Shown: positions 52,845 through 62,748, numbered from the stretch's first letter. The stretch is DNA of 64,000 bases from Candidatus Falkowbacteria bacterium HGW-Falkowbacteria-1 (GCA_002840305.1 PHAI01000002.1:74707-138706); one strand, 5' to 3'. Notes: generated by a model not told the origin, from the letters alone. Program-made: numbers and translations.

Positions 52845-54503
52845 TTATTTTTTCTTATCCTTCAAGACCTTAACAAACTCCACAAATAAAGGATGTGGCG
52901 CGAGTGGTCTAGAAATATATTCTGGGTGAAACTGAACACCCACAAAAAAAGGATGATTTTTTATTTCAATAGACTCTACTATTTTTCCGTCAGGTGAAGT
53001 GCCAGAAACAACCAACCCCTTCTTTTCAAAAAGATCCCTATATTCATTGTTAAATTCATAGCGATGACGATGTCTTTCGTTGATAACATCCTTAAAGCCC
53101 ATTTTGCCATAAGCCCTATATAATACAGTGTTTTTTGTCATTTTACATGGCCAAGCACCCAAACGAATAGTTCCCCCATATCCCTTTTTCTTTATTAACT
53201 CTTCCTGCTCCGGCATAATATGGATTACCTTGTTTTTACTTTTTGGATTTATTTCTTCAGAAACAGCATCTTTTAGGCCACAAACATTTCTGGCAAATTC
53301 TATAACCGCCATTTGCATACCATAACAAAGACCAAGATAAGGAATTTTATTTTCTCGACAATATTTTATAGTTTCTATCTTCCCCTCCGAACCTCTACTT
53401 CCCCATCCCTGTGGAACTATTATTCCATCAAGATTTTTTAAGCATTTCAAACCGTTCTTTTCTATGTCCTCGGCACTAATCCAATCTAATTTAACTTTAA
53501 TCTTATTATACGCAGCAGCATGTTTTATTGCCTCAATAACTGAAATATAAGAATCAGTTAAAGAAAAGTCGCCGGTAGCAAAATATTTGCCTACTATGCC
53601 TATGCTCAATTCTTTTTTAGCGTTTTTAATATTATTCACCATTTCTAACCATTTTTTATTATTTTCCCTGCCTTTTGCAGTGTTTTTGGGTTTTAAATTT
53701 AACTTTTTAAGTATTTTATTACCAAAACCATTTTTTTCAAAATTAATAGGAACTTCATAAATAGAATCTATATCAGGAGCAGCTATAACATCGTCTTTAA
53801 AAACATTACAATGAATGGCTATCTTGCCGCGTCTGACATCGTCAATTTCCTTTTCTGATCTAGCAACTATAAAATTTGGTTGAATACCAGCAGTATTTAA
53901 ACTTCTTACGGCATGCTGTGTCGGTTTTGTTTTCATTTCTCCTATTTTATTTGGTATTGGGAGATAAGAAACTATAACAAACAAAACATCTTCTGGGTTT
54001 TTTAACTTCATTACTCTAGCAGCTTCTAAAAAAAGAAGGTTTTCATATTCGCCAACAGTCCCCCCGATCTCTATAACCATTATATCAGCCTTGCTTTTTA
54101 CGGTGGCCTTTTTAATTCTATCTCTTATTTCCATCGGGATATGAGGAATAACCTGCACGCATTTACCGCCATATTCCAAGCCTCTCTCTTTATTTATAAC
54201 AGTTTGATAAACACGACCAGTAGTCATGTAGTTTTCTTTATAAATATTCCTATTTAAAAATCTCTCGTAGTTTCCAACATCTTGATCTGTTTCATCTCCA
54301 TCATCAGTCACAAAAACTTCCCCATGCTCTATAGGATTCATGGTGCCAGCATCAATATTGATGTAGGGGTCTATTTTTATGGCGCTAACATTATAACCTT
54401 TATTAGAAAGAATTTGAGCAATAGAAGCAGTAGTTATACCCTTACCAACTCCGGACATCACTCCTCCAACTACAAAGATAAATTTTGTTTTAATCTTCTT
54501 CAT
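52845..54503 (-). CDS. pyrG: CTP synthase
   Basis: The N-terminus reads KFIFVVGGVMSGVGKGI. The glutamine amidotransferase domain has the catalytic Cys in GLCYGMQ and ends with HPEY. Confidence 0.93.
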   Translation of the reverse strand: MKKIKTKFIFVVGGVMSGVGKGITTASIAQILSNKGYNVSAIKIDPYINIDAGTMNPIEHGEVFVTDDGDETDQDVGNYERFLNRNIYKENYMTTGRVYQTVINKERGLEYGGKCVQVIPHIPMEIRDRIKKATVKSKADIMVIEIGGTVGEYENLLFLEAARVMKLKNPEDVLFVIVSYLPIPNKIGEMKTKPTQHAVRSLNTAGIQPNFIVARSEKEIDDVRRGKIAIHCNVFKDDVIAAPDIDSIYEVPINFEKNGFGNKILKKLNLKPKNTAKGRENNKKWLEMVNNIKNAKKELSIGIVGKYFATGDFSLTDSYISVIEAIKHAAAYNKIKVKLDWISAEDIEKNGLKCLKNLDGIIVPQGWGSRGSEGKIETIKYCRENKIPYLGLCYGMQMAVIEFARNVCGLKDAVSEEINPKSKNKVIHIMPEQEELIKKKGYGGTIRLGAWPCKMTKNTVLYRAYGKMGFKDVINERHRHRYEFNNEYRDLFEKKGLVVSGTSPDGKIVESIEIKNHPFFVGVQFHPEYISRPLAPHPLFVEFVKVLKDKKK

Positions 54504-54515
54504 AATAAGTTTGAA

Positions 54516-55775
54516 TTATTTTAATAAATCTAATGCTTTTTCTAACTGCGGATCAAAATCTTTCTCGAAATCTTCAAACGTCAATTCAACTTCTTCGTCT
54601 GGGTTTATACCCTCTTTGTTTATATCCTGCCCCAATGGCGTAAGCCATTTAGCTATAGTTATTTTTACAGAAGAACCATCCTCCATATTTTTTATCATTT
54701 GGACAGAACCCTTTCCATAACTTTTTTCTCCAACTATTGTAGCTTTTCCGTAATCCTGTAAAGCGCCAGCAACTATTTCCGAAGCTGAGGCACTACCATA
54801 ATTTATCAAAACAACACTTGGAATATTTGTTAAATAATTAGATCCTTCGGCTGTATATTCAGTTTCATGTTCGTCACTAAACCTTTCTATTAAAGCTTTT
54901 TGTCCGCTCACCCATTCACCCAAAACAAGAACTGATGATTCCAAATATCCACCAGGATTATTTCTTAAATCCAATATAACACCCTTGGCTTTTTCGTCAA
55001 AAGCTTGTTTGGCAAATTGAGAAAACAAGGAATCAGTATCACCATTAAAAGCATTAATTTTTATTAAGAAAATATTATCATTTAATACCTCCAAAGAAAC
55101 ACTTTTAATAACTATAGTATCTCTCGTTATTGAAATATCTTTAAAATCTTCAAGGCCAATTCTAAAAATTTTTAGAACAACTTCACTCCCTTTTGGTCCT
55201 CTTATTTTACTTACTGCTTGATCAATACTCATATCTTCAGTGCTTTCACTGTTTATTTCCAAAATCTTATCACCGGCCATAAGACCAGCGTTGTAAGCCG
55301 GAGTACCATCAAGTGGAGCAATAACAGTAAGGGTCCCGTCTTTTATGCCTATCTCAGCGCCAATACCTTCAAAGGAACCAGACATGTCATCTTCAAATTC
55401 TTTAGTTGATTTTGGATCCATAAATTCTGAATAAGGATCATCAATAGAATTAACCAAGCCTTTTAAAGACCCATAAAACATCTGTTTATCGGTCAAAGCA
55501 TCTTTCCCAACATAAGATTCCTTTATAATATCCCAAGTATCCCAATAAAGATTAAAATCAATATTCTGAGATAATTTACCGTCATATTTTTGGTATTTAC
55601 CAGACAATTTTCCCAGAAACACAACCTCTCCTTCCGCTACTTTTTTTACAACATTGTTTTCAACGGCTAAATAAGCCCCAGCCAAAAAAACAAAAAATAA
55701 AATGAAAACATTAAGCAAAAAAACAGCTATTTTTTTAAAAATTTTTTTTAATCTCATTTTATTTTTATTATTCAT
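54516..55775 (-). CDS. Carboxy-terminal processing protease (S41) with PDZ domain
   Basis: A TM anchor and a PDZ domain (GAEIGI...AGLMAGDKILEIN) are present. The catalytic motifs are LDLRNNPGGYL and GSASASEIVAGALQD. Confidence 0.88.
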   Translation of the reverse strand: MNNKNKMRLKKIFKKIAVFLLNVFILFFVFLAGAYLAVENNVVKKVAEGEVVFLGKLSGKYQKYDGKLSQNIDFNLYWDTWDIIKESYVGKDALTDKQMFYGSLKGLVNSIDDPYSEFMDPKSTKEFEDDMSGSFEGIGAEIGIKDGTLTVIAPLDGTPAYNAGLMAGDKILEINSESTEDMSIDQAVSKIRGPKGSEVVLKIFRIGLEDFKDISITRDTIVIKSVSLEVLNDNIFLIKINAFNGDTDSLFSQFAKQAFDEKAKGVILDLRNNPGGYLESSVLVLGEWVSGQKALIERFSDEHETEYTAEGSNYLTNIPSVVLINYGSASASEIVAGALQDYGKATIVGEKSYGKGSVQMIKNMEDGSSVKITIAKWLTPLGQDINKEGINPDEEVELTFEDFEKDFDPQLEKALDLLK

Positions 55776-55802
55776 ATTTAATTTAATAAGACAAACAAAA
55801 AA

Positions 55803-56405
55803 CTAATCTCTAATTATTTTAATATTTTTAAAATCCCTCAAATCAATCAATTTAGATGGTCTTTTTCCGGGCCTCTCTCCTTCAAGTTTTAAAATTATAT
55901 CCGGTTGATCAATATTTGTTTTGAAGAAGCATCCTATATCTTTAATATTGTTTAAAAATTTTTCCCCTGTAATGTTACAACTAGTAGAAACGAGCGGCTT
56001 GCCAAGCAACTTTATTATTTTAATCAAAAAATTTCTTTTTGGCAAACGAACAGCTACCCCAATTTTTTTATCTAATTTCAATTGATTACAAATGTAATCT
56101 TTGGCATCTAAAATTACCGAGGTCGGCCTTTCATTCTTGCCCCATATTTTTTTTAAAAGTTTTTCTTGAGAAACAGAAACATTAAAATATTTTTTCAACA
56201 TAAAAAAATCACTCACCAAAATTATAAAAGGTCTGTGATTTTCTATTCTTTTTATTTTTTTTATTCTATTTAAAGAATCAAAATTGTCAAAAACACAACT
56301 CAAACCATAAATGGTATCAGTCAAAACTACAAATATCGATCCCTTCTTTATCTTCTCTATGAAATTAAAGCGAGCCTCTTTTTTGTTAATAATCAATAAA
56401 CCCAT
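55803..56405 (-). CDS. tsaC: L-threonylcarbamoyladenylate synthase (YrdC/TsaC domain)
   Basis: The YrdC pattern appears as VLTDTIYGLSC...IKKIKRIENHRPFIILV...STSCNITGE. Confidence 0.8.
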   Translation of the reverse strand: MGLLIINKKEARFNFIEKIKKGSIFVVLTDTIYGLSCVFDNFDSLNRIKKIKRIENHRPFIILVSDFFMLKKYFNVSVSQEKLLKKIWGKNERPTSVILDAKDYICNQLKLDKKIGVAVRLPKRNFLIKIIKLLGKPLVSTSCNITGEKFLNNIKDIGCFFKTNIDQPDIILKLEGERPGKRPSKLIDLRDFKNIKIIRD

Positions 56406-56419
56406 ATCTAATTGATAAA

Positions 56420-56929
56420 CTAAATCATTGACTGTAAAAGTCTAAGAGTTTCCGGAACAAATGGTTCTATCCAATAAACAGCCTTTATAAGAATTGGAGA
56501 AATGCTTGAATCGGAAATAACAAAATTTAAAAAATAATTTAAAAAAGCATAGTGAGACAAAACAAACAAGATAGACCCCAAAATAAACAAGCCTTGAATC
56601 AGGCCAAAAACAGCACCCGCTAATCTATTGGCCAAAGAAATTATTGGTAAAGAAGTTACTATCTTCAAAATTTTGGCTATCAATCTAAAACCAAAACTTA
56701 AAATAAACGAAAAAATGCTCAAAACAATAATAAAAGACAATGTTTTGCCTATACCTTCAGATCCAAAACCAACAAAAGGAAAAATATCGTAAAAAACTGA
56801 ATAAAATTTAATAGCCAGAATAATACCCAAGACAGACGCCAATAAATTCAAAGCCATTTTTACCAAACCAAGGAAAAAACCATACAAGATAAAAAGACCT
56901 AGAAACACTAACAAAATTATATCCACCAT
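56420..56929 (-). CDS. cvpA: CvpA-family membrane protein
   Basis: The 169-aa protein has 4 TM segments. The N-terminal DIILLVFLGLFILYGFFLGLV is typical of CvpA. Confidence 0.65.
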   Translation of the reverse strand: MVDIILLVFLGLFILYGFFLGLVKMALNLLASVLGIILAIKFYSVFYDIFPFVGFGSEGIGKTLSFIIVLSIFSFILSFGFRLIAKILKIVTSLPIISLANRLAGAVFGLIQGLFILGSILFVLSHYAFLNYFLNFVISDSSISPILIKAVYWIEPFVPETLRLLQSMI

Positions 56930-56974
56930 ATAAATATTATATACTCACACAAGGCTTTGTGTGTTTACATTTTT

Positions 56975-57649
56975 TTAATAAATAATAACAGTAAATTCGC
57001 CCTTCAAAGACACTTGGTCTTCGCTTAGTTTTTCTAAAAGATTTTTAGCGCTGTCATTATAAAAAGTATAATACATTTTACTTAACTCTCTAAAAACCAT
57101 TACTTTTTTGCTATCTTTTTCTATTCTCGACGACAATTCTTCAAGTAATTTTAATATTCTATGTTTTGATTCGAATAAAACAACCGGATACTTACTCGAA
57201 ATAACTTCATTTATCATCTTCGATCTTCCTTTTTTATGAGGCAAGAAACCAAAAAACAAAAACTTATCAATCTTTAATCCAGAAACAGACAGCGCCGCAG
57301 TTAAAGCAGACGGCCCAGGAATGGGCTCTATCAAAACTTCTGGCAGTTTTTTTCTAACCAAATCAAGCAACACTCCACCAGGATCAGATATGGCCGGCGT
57401 TCCAGCATCACTTATCAAAGCAATATTCTTGTCTTCCTCCAAAAGTTTTAAAACTTCGTTATATCTTTTTTCACTACTATGATGATGAAAAGAGATTAAA
57501 GGTTTTTTGATTTCATAGCGATCTAAAAGTTTTTTGCTTACCCTGGTATCCTCACTTAAAATATAGTCAACTTCTTTTAAGATTCTCAAAGCCCTTAAAG
57601 TAATATCTTCCATGTTTCCTATTGGAGTTGCTACCACATAAAGACTCAT
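56975..57649 (-). CDS. rsmI: 16S rRNA (cytidine1402-2'-O)-methyltransferase
   Basis: LYVVATPIGNMEDITLRALRILKEVDYILSEDTR is the canonical RsmI N-terminus. Confidence 0.9.
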   Translation of the reverse strand: MSLYVVATPIGNMEDITLRALRILKEVDYILSEDTRVSKKLLDRYEIKKPLISFHHHSSEKRYNEVLKLLEEDKNIALISDAGTPAISDPGGVLLDLVRKKLPEVLIEPIPGPSALTAALSVSGLKIDKFLFFGFLPHKKGRSKMINEVISSKYPVVLFESKHRILKLLEELSSRIEKDSKKVMVFRELSKMYYTFYNDSAKNLLEKLSEDQVSLKGEFTVIIY

Positions 57650-57671
57650 ACAAAATGAAATTAAAAATTAA

Positions 57672-59378
57672 CTAATTTATTAAATCTTCTTTTTTCTCCT
57701 TTATATATTTCACCCAATCATCAAAAATTTCTACAAATACCTTAAATGGAACCTCTATTACAAAATCTAAAACAAATATAAAAACATTTATCTTTGAAAC
57801 ATTATCGGACAAAAATTTACCCATAGCCACTATAGGCATATAAAAAAAATCAAACAAGAAGCTAACGAAACCTTCTTTGGGTTCAATTATTATAAATCTT
57901 TTAATATCTCTCTTAATTCTAAAACTAAAAAAGCTTACAAAAGTTAAGAAAAATAAAAATATAGTAATATTAACCCAATTAAAATCAATCAGCGACAAGC
58001 CATTAATTATTGCATAGATCGTAATGGAAAAACCTGTTAAATACAGAAGATTGAAAATAAAATCCATTACAAAATTTCTCTTAATCGGTTTTCTCAAAAC
58101 AATGGAATACTTTTGCCTTTTTTCAGCAAAAACTATTTCCTCTAAACCCTCTAATATCTTTTTTTCATTTTCCTTGGCCGGACTCCAGGTAAATAAAATC
58201 ATTACAAAGAGCAAAAAAGCGGGAAACATGACATTTATAGCCAATGATACAGGGTTCATTTCTTCCCCGAAAAATTTTATAGCTGGAATTTCTAGGGCAA
58301 AAACAAAAATCGATTTTGTTAAAAAAATATAAATTATACTTCGCCAACCAGATCTCCAAAGTTTTCTTTTTATTTTTCGATACCTTTTTTCAATAATTTC
58401 TTTAACAAAACTGATAAAGGCCTTGTAATTATTAACGGCAAATTCATAAACTTTTAACGGATTTTCATCTATAGCTTCGTGCAATACAGAAAAATAAAGA
58501 GAATAAGATTTTATAATTTTATCCAACTGCTTTATTAAGGGATGTTTCAATTGATTAGACGTAGCCAAATAAAGTTTATCTATTTTTTCTGAAATTTTAA
58601 TAATCTGTTGATCGTCAGCCTTTTTCCAGTCTTTGTTGTAATATTTAAAAATAACCAAATTTAATGAATCATTATCATATCTAAGAAAGCTTCGGCAAAT
58701 ACTTAAATATATTTGAATCTCTAAGTCGTTCTTAAAAGGCAAATCTTTTGGCAATTTAATATTGTCTTTTAAAATTTCAAACATATCATTGACCATTTCT
58801 TTTCTAACAACATCGTCTGACAAATTTTCTTCTATTTCTGCGGCGGCCAAAGACATTAACCAATTTATCAATAAGTTTTTAGCCTTACTGGTTCTCTTTC
58901 TTTTGCTTTTAAAACCAAAAGATTCTGAAAGTATTGAGAAAAAACTCTCTTTTTGAAAACTATAATACTTTAACTTGATATATTTTTCTAATATTTCACT
59001 TATTTCATAAATTTTCTTCTCCGGGATTGAGTTGTTTGGCAAATATCCGGCCTGAATTAACTCCGTTAACAAATGAATAGCGATGTTCTCACTCTCAGAT
59101 TTTTTTATAATCCCCTCAATCAATATTTGTCTTTTTAATATTCTTTTAATAGCATTTTTACGAAGCAAATAATCTTCATCGTAATCAACAGCATTCCTCA
59201 CCTTTTCATAAAAAAAAGCCAATTTAGACCCCATATTAGAAACACTAATATTAGCCTCTTTGTTTTGAGAAGAACTTAGCTTGTTTTTTTTGATATATAT
59301 AAGTTGAAAAAGTTTCTTTGCACTTGAATCAACCGTAAAACTGCTCTCCTTCTTTTTTATTAAATTAGGACTAACCAT
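57672..59378 (-). CDS. Large membrane protein, hypothetical
   Basis: About 340 aa of helical soluble N-region are followed by about 6 TM segments. No family can be assigned confidently by eye. Confidence 0.6.
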   Translation of the reverse strand: MVSPNLIKKKESSFTVDSSAKKLFQLIYIKKNKLSSSQNKEANISVSNMGSKLAFFYEKVRNAVDYDEDYLLRKNAIKRILKRQILIEGIIKKSESENIAIHLLTELIQAGYLPNNSIPEKKIYEISEILEKYIKLKYYSFQKESFFSILSESFGFKSKRKRTSKAKNLLINWLMSLAAAEIEENLSDDVVRKEMVNDMFEILKDNIKLPKDLPFKNDLEIQIYLSICRSFLRYDNDSLNLVIFKYYNKDWKKADDQQIIKISEKIDKLYLATSNQLKHPLIKQLDKIIKSYSLYFSVLHEAIDENPLKVYEFAVNNYKAFISFVKEIIEKRYRKIKRKLWRSGWRSIIYIFLTKSIFVFALEIPAIKFFGEEMNPVSLAINVMFPAFLLFVMILFTWSPAKENEKKILEGLEEIVFAEKRQKYSIVLRKPIKRNFVMDFIFNLLYLTGFSITIYAIINGLSLIDFNWVNITIFLFFLTFVSFFSFRIKRDIKRFIIIEPKEGFVSFLFDFFYMPIVAMGKFLSDNVSKINVFIFVLDFVIEVPFKVFVEIFDDWVKYIKEKKEDLIN

Positions 59379-59462
59379 ATTTATACATTTTTATTTTATA
59401 CACCTATAATAATACATTAAAATAAAAAAATCAACAAAATCTAAAAGCGCTAAAAATAGGTG

Positions 59463-59491
59463 TTGACTTTTATTTTTTTCTTTATTATTAT
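59463..59491 (+). promoter_or_regulatory. Candidate sigma70 promoter of the secE-nusG unit
   Basis: TTGACT-17 nt-TATTAT lies about 40 nt upstream of secE. Confidence 0.45.
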
Positions 59492-59529
59492 ATAGACACA
59501 GCCATTAAGGCTTTTTTAATTTGAAAAAT

Positions 59530-59712
59530 ATGAGCAAATTTGGTAATTATATAAAAAGTTCGATAGCCGAACTAAAAAAAGTAAGCTGGCCAACAAAAAA
59601 AGAAACCTACCATTACACCTTGATAGTTATTGGCCTAAGTTTGGCAGTCGCTATTTTCTTAGGTAGCCTTGATTATGTCTTTAATTTAGGCTTGGAATCT
59701 TTAATAAAATAA
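59530..59712 (+). CDS. secE: Preprotein translocase subunit SecE
   Basis: SIAELKKVSWPTKKET is followed by a single TM, and the gene lies immediately upstream of nusG. The ATG at 59530 is preferred over the TTG at 59521. Confidence 0.88.
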   Translation: MSKFGNYIKSSIAELKKVSWPTKKETYHYTLIVIGLSLAVAIFLGSLDYVFNLGLESLIK

Positions 59713-59713
59713 T

Positions 59714-60259
59714 ATGGCTAAACAAAATTTAAACGAAGGAAAAAGATGGTATGTTCTTCACACCTATTCTGGTTACGAAGAAAACGTTGCCCACAATCTA
59801 AAACAAAGAATAGAGACTCTTGACGCTGGTGACAAGATTTTTAATGTTTTAGTGCCAACCGAAAAAAAAATAAAAATAAAAAACGGAAAAAGACGAGTGA
59901 TTGAAGAAAAGATATTTCCTGGATACGTATTAGTTGAAATGATGGTAACGGACGAATCTTGGTATATAGTTAGAAATACACCAAACGTCACCGGCTTTAT
60001 AGGAGTTGGGACAGTTCCCACTCCAATTAGTGAAAAAGAAGTACAAGGATTAATGAAGAGAATGGGGGTTGATGAACCTAAATTCAAAATAGACGTAATA
60101 ATGGGAGAAACGGTGAAAATAACCGATGGACCATTCAAAAATTTTGAAGGAAAAATAACAAACATAGACGAGGCTAAAGGAAAAATAAAAGTAAATGTTT
60201 CTATGTTTGGACGAGAAACACCAGTTGAGTTAGATTTTTTACAAATAAAAAAAGTATAA
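59714..60259 (+). CDS. nusG: Transcription termination/antitermination factor NusG
   Basis: The NGN domain shows WYVLHTYSGYE...FPGYVLVEM. The KOW domain shows GETVKITDGPFKNFEGKI. Confidence 0.93.
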   Translation: MAKQNLNEGKRWYVLHTYSGYEENVAHNLKQRIETLDAGDKIFNVLVPTEKKIKIKNGKRRVIEEKIFPGYVLVEMMVTDESWYIVRNTPNVTGFIGVGTVPTPISEKEVQGLMKRMGVDEPKFKIDVIMGETVKITDGPFKNFEGKITNIDEAKGKIKVNVSMFGRETPVELDFLQIKKV

Positions 60260-60400
60260 TTTGAAAACCCAAAGGGTTGCTTCTTCATTTTATATTTTAA
60301 AAAATAAACATAATTATAATTCTATTATCTGCTAAAAAATGCAAATAATACTAATTAACACCTAAAATTGAATTGAGTTTCAAATTATAGGTTTAACTAT

Positions 60401-60823
60401 ATGGCAAAAAAACTATTAACCAAAATAAAACTACAGATTCCAGCCGGACAAGCCACCCCAGCTCCACCAGTCGGTCCAGCTTTGGGTCAGCATGGTTTAA
60501 ACATTCAAGATTTTTGTTCAAAATTTAATGACGCAAGCAAAGACAGAATGGGAGAAATAACCCCAGTCGAAATAAGCGTCTACGAAGACAGGACATTCGA
60601 TTTCATCATGAAATCCCCTCCAGCATCAGAATTAATAAAGAAATTTGCTAAAATCAAAAAAGGATCAGGAAAACCATTAAACCAAAAGGTTGGTTCGTTA
60701 ACCAAGGAAGAATTAGCTGAAATAGCAAAAATAAAAATGTCAGACCTAAACACTGATGACGTAGAACAAGCAATGAAAATAATTGCTGGAACAGCCAGAC
60801 AAATGGGTGTTGAAATCAAATAA
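60401..60823 (+). CDS. rplK: 50S ribosomal protein L11
   Basis: It shows [30 protein letters not shown]. Confidence 0.95.
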   Translation: MAKKLLTKIKLQIPAGQATPAPPVGPALGQHGLNIQDFCSKFNDASKDRMGEITPVEISVYEDRTFDFIMKSPPASELIKKFAKIKKGSGKPLNQKVGSLTKEELAEIAKIKMSDLNTDDVEQAMKIIAGTARQMGVEIK

Positions 60824-60825
60824 TT

Positions 60826-61275
60826 ATGACAAACGAAAAGATTTCTAATAATGAAATAAACAAAGAATTTCAAGACAGAATCTTGTTTCAAAAATCTGCA
60901 GTTGAATTAAAGAAGGAAATTGATTCTTTGGTTTCTTTAATAAGCAAAAAGAAAGAAATTAGAATCATCGACTCCAGTATCGATTTCATTAAAAAAAAAT
61001 CTTTAAATCTTACTGATTTGTTGAAGGAAAGAATCAAAAAATATCCTGAAAGCCAACAAACAAGACAAGAACATCATTTGAATAAAAACAACGATTCGTG
61101 TCAAACTGATATAAATAAGATAAAAAATCACTTGATTGAGAGCACTAATTCACTGCTACAAGATTCAATAAGTGGAAAAATTGGTTTTAATCACCCCCAA
61201 GATATAATAAACCATTTGGAAGAAATAACAGAAAAGATAGAACTTCTTAAATCTATTATGGAAAAACAAAATTAA
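60826..61275 (+). CDS. Hypothetical coiled-coil-like protein inserted between rplK and rplA
   Basis: This is a 149-aa open frame in an AT-rich genome. Its ATG lies 2 nt after the rplK stop. No family is recognised. Confidence 0.55.
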   Translation: MTNEKISNNEINKEFQDRILFQKSAVELKKEIDSLVSLISKKKEIRIIDSSIDFIKKKSLNLTDLLKERIKKYPESQQTRQEHHLNKNNDSCQTDINKIKNHLIESTNSLLQDSISGKIGFNHPQDIINHLEEITEKIELLKSIMEKQN

Positions 61276-61282
61276 TAAATAA

Positions 61283-61313
61283 TGTGGGAGAATTATTATT
61301 CGCTATTACCACA
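61283..61313 (+). promoter_or_regulatory. Small hairpin carrying GGGAG just upstream of rplA (candidate L1 operator; speculative)
   Basis: UGUGG(GAG...)CCACA forms a 5-bp stem enclosing a 21-nt loop. It lies 9 nt before the rplA ATG. Confidence 0.25.
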
Positions 61314-61321
61314 AAATAACT

Positions 61322-61972
61322 ATGGAAAATTTAGAAAAAGGAAAAACTTATTCAATCACCGAAGCAATTGATTTTTGCAAAAAAAATCACAAAGTAAAGT
61401 TCGATGCTTCAGTCGAGGTTCATTTTAAACTTGGAATAGACACCAAAAAAGGTGACCAGCAAGTTAGGTCGGCCGTAAGCTTGCCAAATGGAACTGGAAA
61501 AACTGTAATTATAGCCGCTTTTGTATCTCCAGAAAAAGAAAAAGCCGTAAAAGAAGCTGGGGCCGATTTGGTTGGCGGGGATGATTTAATTGAAGAAATT
61601 AAAAAAACAGAAAAAACTAATTTTGACATAGCTATTGCCGAAACCTCAATGATGAAAAATTTAGCTAAAATTGCCAAAATTTTAGGTACCAGAGGTCTTA
61701 TGCCTTCCCCCAAGAATGACACCGTAACCAACGACCCAATAAAGGCCACAAAAGAATTAAAAAAGGGAAAAATAAGCTTCAAAAGCGATGACACAGGAAA
61801 TGTTCACGCTATTATCGGTAAAGTAAGTTTTGAAAACAAAGCTTTGGAAGAAAATTTTAACACCTTACTAGATGCTATCAAGAAAGCTAAACCATCATCG
61901 TCAAAAGGTGTTTATATTAGAAACACAAGTATTAATTCAACAATGGGAAAAGGAATTAAAATTTCAGTATAA
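61322..61972 (+). CDS. rplA: 50S ribosomal protein L1
   Basis: It shows FDASVEVHFKLGIDTKKGDQQVRSAVSLPNGTGK and LGTRGLMPSPK. Confidence 0.95.
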   Translation: MENLEKGKTYSITEAIDFCKKNHKVKFDASVEVHFKLGIDTKKGDQQVRSAVSLPNGTGKTVIIAAFVSPEKEKAVKEAGADLVGGDDLIEEIKKTEKTNFDIAIAETSMMKNLAKIAKILGTRGLMPSPKNDTVTNDPIKATKELKKGKISFKSDDTGNVHAIIGKVSFENKALEENFNTLLDAIKKAKPSSSKGVYIRNTSINSTMGKGIKISV

Positions 61973-62000
61973 AATAAGAAAAAGTGCAGAAAATAAAAAA

Positions 62001-62025
62001 ACCGCTCTCTCTGAGCGGTTTTTTG
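62001..62025. terminator. Bidirectional intrinsic terminator after rplA
   Basis: The stem ACCGCTC/GAGCGGT with a 5-nt loop has an A-run before it and a T-run after it. A convergent gene starts at 62035. Confidence 0.85.
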
Positions 62026-62034
62026 TTGAGTTTT

Positions 62035-62748
62035 TTAATCAACAAAGAACTTTATTATCCTATCAACCTCTAAGCACAACTCCGATGGATCGGTATAAAT
62101 AAGTTTTTTATTTAAACCAGCGACTATAAAATCAGTGGGTGTCGCTATAAACGATGAAGCTACAGCAACGAATAGAAATCCTCTATTTCTAGCCGCCTGG
62201 TAATCGTAGTCAACCGTGTCACCGATATAAACAAATTTATCCAAGGTCATTCCCTGCGAAACAAAAAATTCTTCAACTTTATCAAAGACTCTTTTATCGG
62301 GCTTAACAAAATCATGACAACCATTACCTTGAATGTAGGAAAAAAAAGATAAATTTAGTCCACATTCTTCAGCTATTTTTAGCATTGACTTCTTGTCTCG
62401 GCTGGAAATAATAGCTAGCTTTACTCCAATGTCTTTTAAATATTGAAGACCAGAGTTAATGTAACCAAATTTTTTCGGTTTAGGATACTTATACTTTTTT
62501 TCTTCTTTCCAGTAATTAATCAAGTCCTGTTTGCCCCAAGACAGCTCGTCGGAAACCTTTATCACTAACTCTACATAAGGCATTCCCCAAAGCCTTCTAA
62601 ACATTTGATTGTCGGGAATTTTTTCTGGCAATAAGCCAACTTTCTCACAAACAAACCTGACTCTTTTAACACCGTCTTCTGTAGTCTGAATAAGGGTTCC
62701 GTCAAGGTCCCAAATAAAAGCCCACTGAGAATAATCAATCTTTTTCAT
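62035..62748 (-). CDS. HAD-superfamily hydrolase
   Basis: Motif I is FIWDLDGTL and motif IV is YIGDTVDYDYQAA. Confidence 0.8.
   Translation of the reverse strand: MKKIDYSQWAFIWDLDGTLIQTTEDGVKRVRFVCEKVGLLPEKIPDNQMFRRLWGMPYVELVIKVSDELSWGKQDLINYWKEEKKYKYPKPKKFGYINSGLQYLKDIGVKLAIISSRDKKSMLKIAEECGLNLSFFSYIQGNGCHDFVKPDKRVFDKVEEFFVSQGMTLDKFVYIGDTVDYDYQAARNRGFLFVAVASSFIATPTDFIVAGLNKKLIYTDPSELCLEVDRIIKFFVD

Noticed and set aside
59773-60288. 171-aa ORF antisense to nusG. Similar antisense ORFs lie opposite greA (20476..20889), rnhB (45045..45524), rplA (61420..61794), rplK (60580..60891) and dnaX (10637..10993).
   Set aside because: Each lies opposite a confidently identified conserved gene and gives a low-complexity, hydrophobic translation typical of antisense frames.
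60260-60400. L11/L1 leader RNA upstream of rplK
   Set aside because: There is only a weak 5-bp AACCC/GGGTT hairpin, and I could not recognise a GGGAG-type element. A covariance-model search would be needed to take this further.
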